Source of the DNA: an uncultured delta proteobacterium
GTDB taxonomy: Bacteria; Myxococcota_A; UBA9160; SZUA-336
DNA: 64,000 bases
Assembly (NCBI GenBank): GCA_963704165.1
Contig: CAVPHD010000004.1
Span: forward strand, 320,001-384,000
Direction of reading: 5' to 3'
Position 1 is the first letter of the stretch. Every line of letters starts with the position of its first letter. Shown here in pieces: positions 1-8,667 of this stretch. The translations under genes and the position numbers were made by a program. The notes under the pieces are model-generated. The model had not been told where the DNA came from, did no database searches, and was given only the letters and a program-made list of their open reading frames with translations.

Positions 1-470
1 TCCTCCTCAGCGCGCTGCGACCGCAGCTTGCCGCGATCTCGCGTGAGCGCGGTGCGCGGCCCGCCTGGCAGCAGGCGCTCGAGCGCGCCCGGACGCGGTT
101 TGCGAGCTGGTTCGGGCCGATGCCGATCGCGGCCTCCGCAGCCGCGGCATTCCTGCTCGCGCTCGCCTTCCTGCCCCGTCCGAGCGGCCCGGTTCCGGAT
201 CTCTCCGCGCTGCTGCCGGCCCCGCGAAATCCAGCGCTGCAGTCCGCGCCGGTGCTCCACTCGACACCATCACGCGCGCAACCCGGACGGCCGACGGCGT
301 CGTTCGAGCCCGCGAGTCTCTGGCAGGATCCGGCGGCCGGGATCTACGATGTCTCTCCGCGCGAGACGCCAGCGATGATCTTCCACAACGCGGACGGCTC
401 GACGATCCTCTGGCTGCTCGAGGGCGACGACCTGTCGCTGCTTCTCCAGCGTATGGACCGGTGGAGCTGA
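1..470 (+). CDS. Membrane-anchored anti-sigma-factor-like protein, C-terminal part (5' end outside window)
   Basis: Frame is open from position 3 (LLSALRPQL...WFGPMPIAASAAAAFLLALAF). One TM helix is followed by a Pro-rich linker and a C-terminal 'AMIFHNADGSTILWL' segment. The anti-sigma role is inferred from this architecture. Confidence 0.5.
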   Translation, partial: LLSALRPQLAAISRERGARPAWQQALERARTRFASWFGPMPIAASAAAAFLLALAFLPRPSGPVPDLSALLPAPRNPALQSAPVLHSTPSRAQPGRPTASFEPASLWQDPAAGIYDVSPRETPAMIFHNADGSTILWLLEGDDLSLLLQRMDRWS

Positions 471-1045
471 TGCAGGTCGCAGGTTCGAGCCGGGCGCCGC
501 TCGCCTTCGCCGCCGCACTCGTGCTGGCCGGTTCCGCGGCTCACGAGCTGCGCGCGCAGTCGACGACGATGCCGCTCGTGCCCGACTCGAAGCACGCGAC
601 CGAAGCCGTGGCGTCGATCCCGCCGATCACGATCCGCATCTCGATCGCTTCCGCGAGCGAGGACGAGGGGACTCTCGATCCCGCCGCCACCGACATCTAC
701 GAGCAGCTGCCGGCGAAGTACCACTCGATCCGGATGGTCGAGGAGCGCACGATCGCCGTTTTCTTCGGTGAGCAGGCGCGAGTCGTGCTGCCGACCGGCT
801 CCGAGGTCCGGCTGCTCCCCGTCGCGGTCCACGGTGGTCAGCTTCATCTCCAGCTCGAGATGCCGGAGCTGCTCAACACGAGCATGCGCATGGCCAACAA
901 CCGCGCGTTCTACGTCGGTGGCGTTCCCTACGAGAACGGCACGCTGGTCTTCAAGCTCGTGCCCGAGTTCAGCGCCTACGTCGAGGCCCCGGCGGTCGAT
1001 CGGCCCGCTTCGCCCGAGACGCGCAAGGCCAGGAGCGGCCGTTAG
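461..1045 (+). CDS. Secreted/periplasmic hypothetical protein
   Basis: 194-aa ORF with a signal-peptide-like N-terminus (LAFAAALVLAGSAAHELRA) and a beta-rich mature region; overlaps the upstream stop. Confidence 0.7.
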   Translation: MELMQVAGSSRAPLAFAAALVLAGSAAHELRAQSTTMPLVPDSKHATEAVASIPPITIRISIASASEDEGTLDPAATDIYEQLPAKYHSIRMVEERTIAVFFGEQARVVLPTGSEVRLLPVAVHGGQLHLQLEMPELLNTSMRMANNRAFYVGGVPYENGTLVFKLVPEFSAYVEAPAVDRPASPETRKARSGR

Positions 1046-1102
1046 CACGAGACGACTCGTGTAGACTGCGCCTCCGGTGCAGCGCGCGCCGGAGGAGACC
1101 GC

Positions 1103-1777
1103 TTGGGCCAGGCGTGGAGCTTGACGATGCCTCTCGACGAGGCCATGACGACGCAGCGGGCGATCCGTCGTCTCAAGCCAGATGCCGTCCCCGATGACCT
1201 CGTCCTGCGTTTGATCGAGCTCGCATTGAAGGCGCCGACGGGCGGGAACGCGCAGGGTTGGGAGTGGATCGTCGTGCGCGATCCGGCGGTGAAGGCGAGC
1301 CTCGCGCGTCAGAACCGCCGCGCGTTCCGCATCTACGGTGCGATCGGCCGACGCGTGACGGCGAACGACCCGAAGCTCTCGCGTCTGCTCGACGCGGTCC
1401 AGTGGCAGGCGGACCACTTCGAGGAGGTTCCCGTCGTCGTCGTCGCTTGTCTTCGCGGGTTCCGACTCGCGTTTCCGAACGCCGTGGCCAGTTCGTACTA
1501 CGGCTCGATCTTCCCGTCGGTGCAAAATCTCTTGCTCGCCGCGCGCGCATCGGGTCTCGGCGCGGCGCTGATCACGCTGCCGCTCTGGAGCACGTTCGCG
1601 GCGCGGCGAATTCTGGGCCTGCCCTGGAACGTGACGCCGTGCGCGGTGATTCCGCTCGGCTGGCCGATCGGGCGCTACGGCCCGACGACGCGCCGCGACG
1701 TCGGCGACGTCGTCTCGCTCGATCGCTACGGGAACAAGCCGTGGCGCGGCCGCAGGTCGGGCGCGGAAGGTACATGA
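1103..1777 (+). CDS. Nitroreductase family protein
   Basis: Motifs TQRAIRR, APTGGNAQGWEW, VQNLLLAARASGLG and PCAVIPLGWP; GGAGGA lies upstream of the TTG start. Confidence 0.9.
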   Translation: MGQAWSLTMPLDEAMTTQRAIRRLKPDAVPDDLVLRLIELALKAPTGGNAQGWEWIVVRDPAVKASLARQNRRAFRIYGAIGRRVTANDPKLSRLLDAVQWQADHFEEVPVVVVACLRGFRLAFPNAVASSYYGSIFPSVQNLLLAARASGLGAALITLPLWSTFAARRILGLPWNVTPCAVIPLGWPIGRYGPTTRRDVGDVVSLDRYGNKPWRGRRSGAEGT

Positions 1778-2853
1778 ACTTCGGCCTGACCGACGAGCAG
1801 GAGCTCCTTCAGGAGACCGTTCGGGGATTCTGTGCCAAGGAGTGTCCCCCGAGCCGGTTGCGCGAGCTCTTCGATGCATCGGACGGACACGATGCGTCGC
1901 TCTGGAAGGGCCTCGGCGATCTGGGCGTGCTCGGACTCGTCGTTCCCGAGATCTACGGAGGGGCCGGCCTCGAGCTTCTCGATCTCGCGCTCGTCGCGGA
2001 AGTGATGGGGCAAGCCGCGCTGCCGGGTCCGTTCCTCGGACACCAGCTGGTGTCGATCGCGATCTCGAGCGCCGGTAGCGACGAACAGAAGTCCTCGTGG
2101 TTGCCTCGGCTCGCCTCGGGGCAGGCGATCGGTGCGGTGGCCCTGGCGGAAAGCGCGGTGGCCTGGGAGCCCGAGAGTTTCGGAGCGCGGGTGGACGGAG
2201 ACCGGCTCAGCGGCGTGAAGTGCTTCGCACCGCTGGCGGAGGTCGCGGATCTGCTGCTCGTCGGTGTCGAGGGCGGTGGGCTCGTTCTGGTCGAGCGCGG
2301 AGACGCCGGCGTCGTGATCGCGGATCAGGACGGGGTCGATCGCACGCGCCCGATCGCGCGCGTCGAGTTCACGCGCGCGCGCTGCGAGCCCGTGACCGGC
2401 GAGGCGCGGACCACACGCCGGGTCCGCGACGCGGGTCTCTGTCTGCTCGCAGCCGACGCCTTCGGCGCGGCCGGGCAGTTGATCCAGGCCACGCTCGGAT
2501 ACGCCGGCACGCGGCAGCAGTTCGGTCACGTGCTCACGCAGTTCCAGGCCGTGAAGCACCAGCTCGCGAACATGGCGACCGAGATCGAGCCCGCGCGCGC
2601 TCTCTGGTGGTACGCCGCGCACGCCTTCGACCAGATCCCGCAGGAATCGGAGCGGGCGGCGGCGATCGCCAAGGCGCACGTCACCGACCGCGCGCTCGAC
2701 ATCGCGCGCGGCGCGGTCGAGCTCCACGGCGGGATCGGATTCACCTGGGAGTGCGACGTGCAGATCTGGTTCAAACGCGTGATGTTCGATCGCGCGTTCC
2801 TGGGCAATCCCGAACACCACCGCGAGCGCAGCGCGCGCCTGGCGGGCTGGTAG
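1774..2853 (+). CDS. Acyl-CoA dehydrogenase (short, FadE27/FadE33-like subunit)
   Basis: MNFGLTDEQELL start overlaps the upstream stop (ATGA); motifs RQQFG..FQAVKH and HGGIGFTWE; 359 aa. Confidence 0.9.
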   Translation: MNFGLTDEQELLQETVRGFCAKECPPSRLRELFDASDGHDASLWKGLGDLGVLGLVVPEIYGGAGLELLDLALVAEVMGQAALPGPFLGHQLVSIAISSAGSDEQKSSWLPRLASGQAIGAVALAESAVAWEPESFGARVDGDRLSGVKCFAPLAEVADLLLVGVEGGGLVLVERGDAGVVIADQDGVDRTRPIARVEFTRARCEPVTGEARTTRRVRDAGLCLLAADAFGAAGQLIQATLGYAGTRQQFGHVLTQFQAVKHQLANMATEIEPARALWWYAAHAFDQIPQESERAAAIAKAHVTDRALDIARGAVELHGGIGFTWECDVQIWFKRVMFDRAFLGNPEHHRERSARLAGW

Positions 2854-2860
2854 GAGAGCG

Positions 2861-4069
2861 ATGGACCTTCGCTTGGGTGAGAAGTACGAAGCGTTTCGTT
2901 CGGAGGTACGGGCGTTTCTCCGCGAGCACTGGCCGCTCCGCAACGCCGAAGCCGAGCTTCCGGCGGAAGAACAGGAGAAGCTCTTCCGCGAGCGCGCACT
3001 CGCACGCGGCTACGTGTACCGGAGCTTCCCGCGCGTCTACGGGGGTTCCGAGCAGGATCCCGATGCCCTCGAGGACATGATCCTCGACCAGGAGTTCCAT
3101 GCGGCGGGGGCGCCGCGCGACATCCGAGGCATCGGTCCCGCCATGCTCGCGCCGACGCTGCTCGACTGCGGAAGCGAGGAGCAGCGCCTGCGCTTCATCG
3201 CTCCGACGCTGCGCGGCGACATGCGCTGGTGTCAGGGATACAGCGAGCCCGGGGCCGGTAGCGATCTGGCGTCGCTTTCGAGCCGTGCGGTGCTCGAAGG
3301 CGAGTCCTGGCGGATCAATGGCCACAAGATCTGGACCAGCGACGCGCAAGACGCCGACTACATGTTCGGTCTGTTCCGAACCGAGCCCGACGCCGCCAAG
3401 CACGCGGGCATCTCGTACCTCTTGATCGACATGCGGTCGCCGGGCATCGAAGTGCGGCCGCTTCGTCAGATGACCGGCGGCTCGGAGTTCAACGAGGTCT
3501 TCTTCAGCGACGTGCGCATTCCGGCTGCTTCGATCGTGGGGAGGCGCGGCGAGGGTTGGAAGGTCTCGCGCTCGACGCTGAAGCACGAGCGGAACCTGAT
3601 CGGCGATCCGCGCTTCCTGCGCAACGCGTTCGAGGCGCTCGTCGAGCTCGCGCGGCGGTCCCAGCGGAACGGCCGGTCCGCGATCGAGGACGCGCACATC
3701 CGTCAGCGTCTGGCCGAGATCGAGGGCTACGTGTGCAGCCAGGAGTATTCCGGTCAGCGCCAGTTCTCCGCTGCGCTGCGCGGTCAGGAGCAGAAGACGA
3801 TTCTGCCGATCCTGATGAACAAGCTCTACTCGACCGACACGACCCAGCGCATCACGCGGCTCGCCTTCGATCTGCTCGATGCCGACGGCTTGATCGCGCC
3901 CGTCGCGGACGAGTACGGAATGGCGTCGAAGCTGCGCACGCCCGGTGGATGGGTCGCGCAGTACATGTTCGCGATCGCGAATTCGATCGCGGGCGGCGCC
4001 TCGAACATCCAGCGGAACATCATCGGCGAACGCGGGCTCGGGCTGCCCCGAGACCTGCGTCCGTCCTGA
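2861..4069 (+). CDS. Acyl-CoA dehydrogenase (FadE26/FadE30-like subunit)
   Basis: Motifs WCQGYSEPGAGSDLASL, NGHKIWTS, FNEVFF, LKHER and IAGGASNIQRNII. Confidence 0.92.
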   Translation: MDLRLGEKYEAFRSEVRAFLREHWPLRNAEAELPAEEQEKLFRERALARGYVYRSFPRVYGGSEQDPDALEDMILDQEFHAAGAPRDIRGIGPAMLAPTLLDCGSEEQRLRFIAPTLRGDMRWCQGYSEPGAGSDLASLSSRAVLEGESWRINGHKIWTSDAQDADYMFGLFRTEPDAAKHAGISYLLIDMRSPGIEVRPLRQMTGGSEFNEVFFSDVRIPAASIVGRRGEGWKVSRSTLKHERNLIGDPRFLRNAFEALVELARRSQRNGRSAIEDAHIRQRLAEIEGYVCSQEYSGQRQFSAALRGQEQKTILPILMNKLYSTDTTQRITRLAFDLLDADGLIAPVADEYGMASKLRTPGGWVAQYMFAIANSIAGGASNIQRNIIGERGLGLPRDLRPS

Positions 4070-4081
4070 CGTGGAGCCAGA

Positions 4082-5164
4082 ATGACGATCTCTCTCCCCG
4101 ATGCACATCCGAGCTCGCAGACCGGCGTGAAGACCTCGTTCGAGGCGCTCTACAACTGGAACTACGGCAGCGAGATCGACCAGCTTCGCACCCTGTACGC
4201 CAACGCGCTCGACCGTCAGTGGATCGCACTGCGCGATCTCGACTGGGAGCGCGAGATCGACCGCGAGGCGTTCTCGCGCACCTTCTCGCTCGCAGGGATT
4301 CCGATCCAGGAGACGCGCTTCTGGCGCGATCTCGGTGAGGATCTCCGCTGGAAGCTCGCGCGTTCCAGCGCGGCGTTCATGCTCTCGAACTTCCTGCACG
4401 GCGAACAGGGCGCGCTGATGGTCGCCGCGCAGCTCGTCAACGCCGTTCCGCACATGGACGGCAAGTTCTACGCCGCGACGCAGACCCTCGACGAGGCGCG
4501 GCACGTCGAGGTCTTCGCCGCCTACATCCAGAAGCTCGACGAGGTCCACCCGATCGCCCCCGGTCTGAAGCAGCTGCTCGACAACGTGCTGCAGGCCGAC
4601 GACTGGAAGAAGAAGGCGGTCGGCATGCAGGTCGTCACGGAGGGGCTGGCGTTGTACTCGTTCCGCGACATGCGAAACCAGACCGAAGAGCCGCTGCTGA
4701 AGCAGCTTCTGACCTACGTCTCGCGGGACGAGGCGCGCCACACGGCCTACGGCGTGAAGTACCTGTCGGCGGTCGTTCCGACGCTCGGCGATGCGGAGCG
4801 CGCGGAGCTCGAGGACTTCGCCTTCGAGGCTGCGCGGCTTCTCGTCGATGCGCGTGCGGGGAACTCGATTCGCGAGACGATCTTCAAGCTCTGGACATCG
4901 CTCGGAATCGACATGGCTGCGGCGCTGACGTCGATCCTAGAAGACCGGGAACGCATCGTGAAAGGGATGGAGCGCTCCGGGGGGCGGCTGGGGCCCGTGC
5001 GCGGGTTCGTGATTCCGACGCTGAACTCGATCGGCCTCTACAGCGATCGTGTGCGCGGTCATTTCGACGAGATGTTCCGCGCGAACCTCGGCGACGATCT
5101 CGCGCGCGACACGTCGGTGATTCCCGACCTGCCCGACGATCTCGAGGCCTGGGCGGAGAGCTAG
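4082..5164 (+). CDS. Ferritin-like diiron protein (AurF-like oxygenase family)
   Basis: HGEQGA...DEARH...EGLAL...DEARH provides the E/ExxH/E/ExxH diiron ligand set. Confidence 0.85.
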   Translation: MTISLPDAHPSSQTGVKTSFEALYNWNYGSEIDQLRTLYANALDRQWIALRDLDWEREIDREAFSRTFSLAGIPIQETRFWRDLGEDLRWKLARSSAAFMLSNFLHGEQGALMVAAQLVNAVPHMDGKFYAATQTLDEARHVEVFAAYIQKLDEVHPIAPGLKQLLDNVLQADDWKKKAVGMQVVTEGLALYSFRDMRNQTEEPLLKQLLTYVSRDEARHTAYGVKYLSAVVPTLGDAERAELEDFAFEAARLLVDARAGNSIRETIFKLWTSLGIDMAAALTSILEDRERIVKGMERSGGRLGPVRGFVIPTLNSIGLYSDRVRGHFDEMFRANLGDDLARDTSVIPDLPDDLEAWAES

Positions 5165-6205
5165 CTACTCGGCGTCGCCAGGCCAGTCCGCGGAGTAGTG
5201 CGCCGCGCGAGTCCAGCCCGAGGTTTCCCAGGTCGTGCCGCTCTCGTCGATCAGGATGCCCTCGGCATCGGGCAGGGACTCGAGCAACTCGATCCCCTCC
5301 TTCTCGCCCAGGATCAGGAGCGCCTTCGACAGCGCCTCCGCTCGCGCGCCGTCCTCCGCCAGCGCGGCGGCGACACGCGCCCGTGTCAGGGGCTCACCGG
5401 TACGGGGATCGATCACGTGACCGAAACGTCGGCCCTCGATCTCGCTGTACTGGCCGAGGCTCCCCGATACCGAGAGCGACCGGTCGGCGAGCTGCGCCGT
5501 TCCGGCAAAGCCTCCGGAGGCATCGCCGAGGAGGACTCCCCATCCGTCCCAGCCCGCGGGTCGACCGAGCGCGCACAGGCTGCTCTGGCCGAACGCGAGC
5601 AGTGCGCGCGAGACGCCGGCCGCGCGCAGCTTCGCGGCGAGCCGATCGAGCGCCCAGCCTTTCGCGATCCCGCCGAAGTCGAGCATCGCGCCCGCGTCGC
5701 GAAGCTCGACGGTGCTCGCCGCGAGATCGACCTTCACGCCGTCGGGTCCGACGAGGGCGCGTGAGGCAGCCAGCGCGTCCGCATCCGGCAGCGTGCGCGA
5801 TCGGTCGGCCTCGATCCAGAGGGCGACGAGCGGCCCGACCGTCACGTCGAAGGCGCCGCGGGTGAGTGCAGTGTAGTCGATGGACCGCTCCGTGAGCTCG
5901 GCGAAGGGCTCGGCGACGGAAACCGGACCCGACCCCGCCGCGCGGTTCAGCTTCGAGAGATCGCTCGCTACGTCGAAGCGCGAGAGCATCCGTTCGAGCC
6001 GCGCGACCTCGTCGAACGATTCGCGCAGCAGCGCCAAGCCGTGCGCGCGCTCGGTGACGCAGACGCTGATCTCGAGGACCGTGCCCATCAGGTATCGACC
6101 GTCGGACACCGTCACGGGGCAGACCTGGGCGGGATCCTCGTGAAGCGAAGGGCTCGTGCAGCCCGACAGGGCCGCGAACGCCATCGCAGCCAGTCTTCTC
6201 CTCAA
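5165..6205 (-). CDS. apbE: FAD:protein FMN transferase (ApbE family lipoprotein)
   Basis: Lipobox LSGC and motifs MGT, FDVTVGPL, DFGGIAKG and HVIDPRTG. The TTG start at 6205 overlaps the upstream stop; alternative ATG at 6184. Confidence 0.9.
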   Translation of the reverse strand: MRRRLAAMAFAALSGCTSPSLHEDPAQVCPVTVSDGRYLMGTVLEISVCVTERAHGLALLRESFDEVARLERMLSRFDVASDLSKLNRAAGSGPVSVAEPFAELTERSIDYTALTRGAFDVTVGPLVALWIEADRSRTLPDADALAASRALVGPDGVKVDLAASTVELRDAGAMLDFGGIAKGWALDRLAAKLRAAGVSRALLAFGQSSLCALGRPAGWDGWGVLLGDASGGFAGTAQLADRSLSVSGSLGQYSEIEGRRFGHVIDPRTGEPLTRARVAAALAEDGARAEALSKALLILGEKEGIELLESLPDAEGILIDESGTTWETSGWTRAAHYSADWPGDAE

Positions 6206-6705
6206 ACTTCGCCGCTCCGATAGCCGGTGCTGGTTCCGCGGAAGGACGACCAGAGCGAGAGGACCACCAATACGGCGAGGCTCGTCTGCAGTCCGAGAAA
6301 CCCGGCGATCTTGAGCCACGCGAAGTGAGGCGACACGAAGCGGACGAGCCAACCGGATCCCTCGTCGACCAGACCGAACAGGAATGGCAGCGCGATCAAC
6401 CACGCCTTGGTGCGATTCGCGAGCGGAACGAAGAGTACCAGATGCGTCAGGACGAGCAAAAGCATCCCGATCGCGAAGAGGTGGAAGTGAGACACCTCGA
6501 GCAGGCCCGCGTAGCTTCGCGGCTCGCGGAACTCCTCTTCGGAGCCGAGGTAGTGCGCGACCACCGACTCCGGTGTGAGTCCCATCCGGTCGAAGTAGAG
6601 CGCGGTATTGGTCAGCCAGAGCAGCGCGACGAAGAGGGAATAGAGCACGACGATCGTCTGGAGCAGACGATTGCGATTCATCTCGCCCGTGATCACGAAC
6701 CGCAC
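6202..6705 (-). CDS. Four-TM membrane protein with intramembrane histidines
   Basis: 167 aa with four hydrophobic segments and the sequence VSHFHLF..LLVLTHL; lies in the operon between the FMN-binding gene and apbE. Confidence 0.8.
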   Translation of the reverse strand: MRFVITGEMNRNRLLQTIVVLYSLFVALLWLTNTALYFDRMGLTPESVVAHYLGSEEEFREPRSYAGLLEVSHFHLFAIGMLLLVLTHLVLFVPLANRTKAWLIALPFLFGLVDEGSGWLVRFVSPHFAWLKIAGFLGLQTSLAVLVVLSLWSSFRGTSTGYRSGEV

Positions 6706-6717
6706 GCGCGGCTCCGG

Positions 6718-7290
6718 CTACTCGGCGGCGTCGTGGTTTCCAAGCAGGACTTGATATAGCGCGAGGGCCGTGCGGACGCTGCGCGTCACGGCCTGCGACG
6801 AGAGCGTGGCGCCTGCGATCGTGTGGATCCCGCGCTTCAGGTGGAGATCCGGCCCGAGATGCCTTCCGCCGATCGTCGCGAGCCAACGCTCCGACGGCTG
6901 GTACTCGGTTGGTTCGTGAAAGGCGAGGATGCGCAGCGAGTGGACCGATCCGTCGGGTGCGATCACGATGAGCAGCGCCTCGGGCAGCGTGCGCACGTTG
7001 CGCACGTCGATGACCGCGGAGCCGAGCATTTCGTTCCCGCGAAAGGCCGAGTAGACGGTCCAGATCTGGCGCTCAAGGGCTGCGAGCGATCGGGTCTCGA
7101 TCGCCCGCGCCTGCTCGGGTGTCAGGACGAAGCTCTTCTCGTCGATCCGATCCGCGTCGGGAAAGGCCTGGCGCAGCGCTTCCTGCTTGCTCGCGTACAC
7201 GGTCGCGTGCGCCCCCGGAGCGAGCAGGGTCGCGAGCAGGGCGACGAGTCCCGCGGTGGCGAGCGTCCTAGAAGACGAGACCGAAGCCAA
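6718..7290 (-). CDS. Exported FMN-binding domain protein (RnfG/NqrC-like flavinylation substrate)
   Basis: Signal peptide ending PGAHA; flavinylation motif TIAGATLSS; AFHEPTEY segment. Confidence 0.85.
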   Translation of the reverse strand: MASVSSSRTLATAGLVALLATLLAPGAHATVYASKQEALRQAFPDADRIDEKSFVLTPEQARAIETRSLAALERQIWTVYSAFRGNEMLGSAVIDVRNVRTLPEALLIVIAPDGSVHSLRILAFHEPTEYQPSERWLATIGGRHLGPDLHLKRGIHTIAGATLSSQAVTRSVRTALALYQVLLGNHDAAE

Positions 7291-8590
7291 GGCTCACCTC
7301 GTTGGTGCTCGAGTGGGCGAAGTCATCGACGCTGCGATAGTCGAGCTTCAAGACCACGTTTGGAATCGGCTTGAACTGAACGCCCGGGATGTACATGCGC
7401 TGCTTGTAGGCGCGGTCGGCGGTGAAGCCGCGCGGAACGTCGTTCTGGGTGTCGATGTACTCGAAGCGGAAGAACGGCTCGAGTGACATCTCCGAACCCG
7501 GGAAGAAGAACGGCATCAGGTCGTACGCGACCTCGGCATAGCCGCCGATCATGCGACGCGAGACGACCGGATGATCCTCACCCGCGAGCGTCAGCAGGTT
7601 CGACAGAGCCCCGGCATCCGCCACGTGTGCCTGGGTCCAGAGTGCGCGGGTCGTGAGCGCCTGCCAGCGGTACTCACCGTGAACCTCCCAGATCGTCGTG
7701 CGGGCGTTGGGCAGCGAGAAGTCGCTCCCACCGATCTCGATGTCCTGATCCTGACCGGAGTTGCCGACGTAGTACGAGCTTCCGAGACGAAGTCCGTCGG
7801 TCACGTCGAGGTCGACGCGGCCGACGAACGCGAGATCGTTCGCGAGCGCTTCGCTGCCGCTCTGCCTTCCGCTTCGCAGCCCGCCCGAATTGAAGTCACT
7901 CGCAACGAAGCCGTTCACGACGTAGACGCGGTAGCTCAGCCGCTCGCCCAGATTCCCGAAGATGCCAAGACCGTTCTCGCGCCAGGTCGAAGGAATGATC
8001 ACGCGCTCCGCCGTGGGCCGGAACGTCGAGTAGTAGAACGGCGGCTCGTGAAGCTCGTTCACGAGGCCCATCGGGATCAGGACCTCACCGAGGCGGACGT
8101 TGAGCTCGGGCATGAGCAGGAAGTCCAGCGTCGCGAACTCTACGCTCACCGAGCCGTCCTCGTCGGTGCTGCCGTGCTCGAACTCGATCTCGGTGTTGAA
8201 GACGATCCAGTCGTTGAATTTGTAGCCGAGGTACGCGACGAGCCGGAGCATGTCGGTCTCGTCGTCGGCGCCCGAATCCCGACGCCGGTAGTAACCCTCG
8301 GAGTAGCCGCCGATCGAGAGGCCGCGTGCGACGCTGTAGACCTTCGACGCAGCGGGGCCGAGCCCGTACTGGCTCTCGAGCGCGCTCGGTGCTTCCGGCG
8401 CGGCCACCTGCGTCCGGATCGACTCGAGTTCGCTGACCACCACCCCGAGCTGGCGCTTCAGCTCGGCGATCTCGTCGTCGCGCGCGATCTCGCGATCGCT
8501 GGGCTCCTCGGCCCGCGCGGGCGGAGCCCAGGGAGGAGCCAGAGCCAGGATCAATGTCAGAAACCCCAGAAGCCGCCCCGAAAACGCCAC
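7268..8590 (-). CDS. Outer-membrane porin-like beta-barrel with N-terminal coiled coil
   Basis: Signal peptide, coiled coil EIAELKRQL, motifs EIEFEHG and NELHEPP..RP..IIPSTWRENG, and a C-terminal Phe (GFGLVF); AGGAG RBS upstream. Confidence 0.8.
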   Translation of the reverse strand: MAFSGRLLGFLTLILALAPPWAPPARAEEPSDREIARDDEIAELKRQLGVVVSELESIRTQVAAPEAPSALESQYGLGPAASKVYSVARGLSIGGYSEGYYRRRDSGADDETDMLRLVAYLGYKFNDWIVFNTEIEFEHGSTDEDGSVSVEFATLDFLLMPELNVRLGEVLIPMGLVNELHEPPFYYSTFRPTAERVIIPSTWRENGLGIFGNLGERLSYRVYVVNGFVASDFNSGGLRSGRQSGSEALANDLAFVGRVDLDVTDGLRLGSSYYVGNSGQDQDIEIGGSDFSLPNARTTIWEVHGEYRWQALTTRALWTQAHVADAGALSNLLTLAGEDHPVVSRRMIGGYAEVAYDLMPFFFPGSEMSLEPFFRFEYIDTQNDVPRGFTADRAYKQRMYIPGVQFKPIPNVVLKLDYRSVDDFAHSSTNEVSLGFGLVF

Positions 8591-8617
8591 AACGCTCTCC
8601 TTGGCCTTTGTCGATAT

Positions 8618-8632
8618 TGAGAATCGATCTCA
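8618..8632. promoter_or_regulatory. Fur-box-like operator
   Basis: TGAGAATCGATCTCA, in an AT-rich island of a very GC-rich sequence, resembles the 7-1-7 Fur consensus TGA(T/G)AATnATT(A/C)TCA; it lies between the promoter and the porin RBS. Confidence 0.65.
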
Positions 8633-8637
8633 TAATC

Positions 8638-8667
8638 AACCTACCGAGCGGGGGAGCGAGATGTCAA
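8638..8667 (-). promoter_or_regulatory. sigma70-type promoter of the porin-apbE operon
   Basis: Minus strand reads TTGACA-N18-TAGGTT. Confidence 0.6.
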
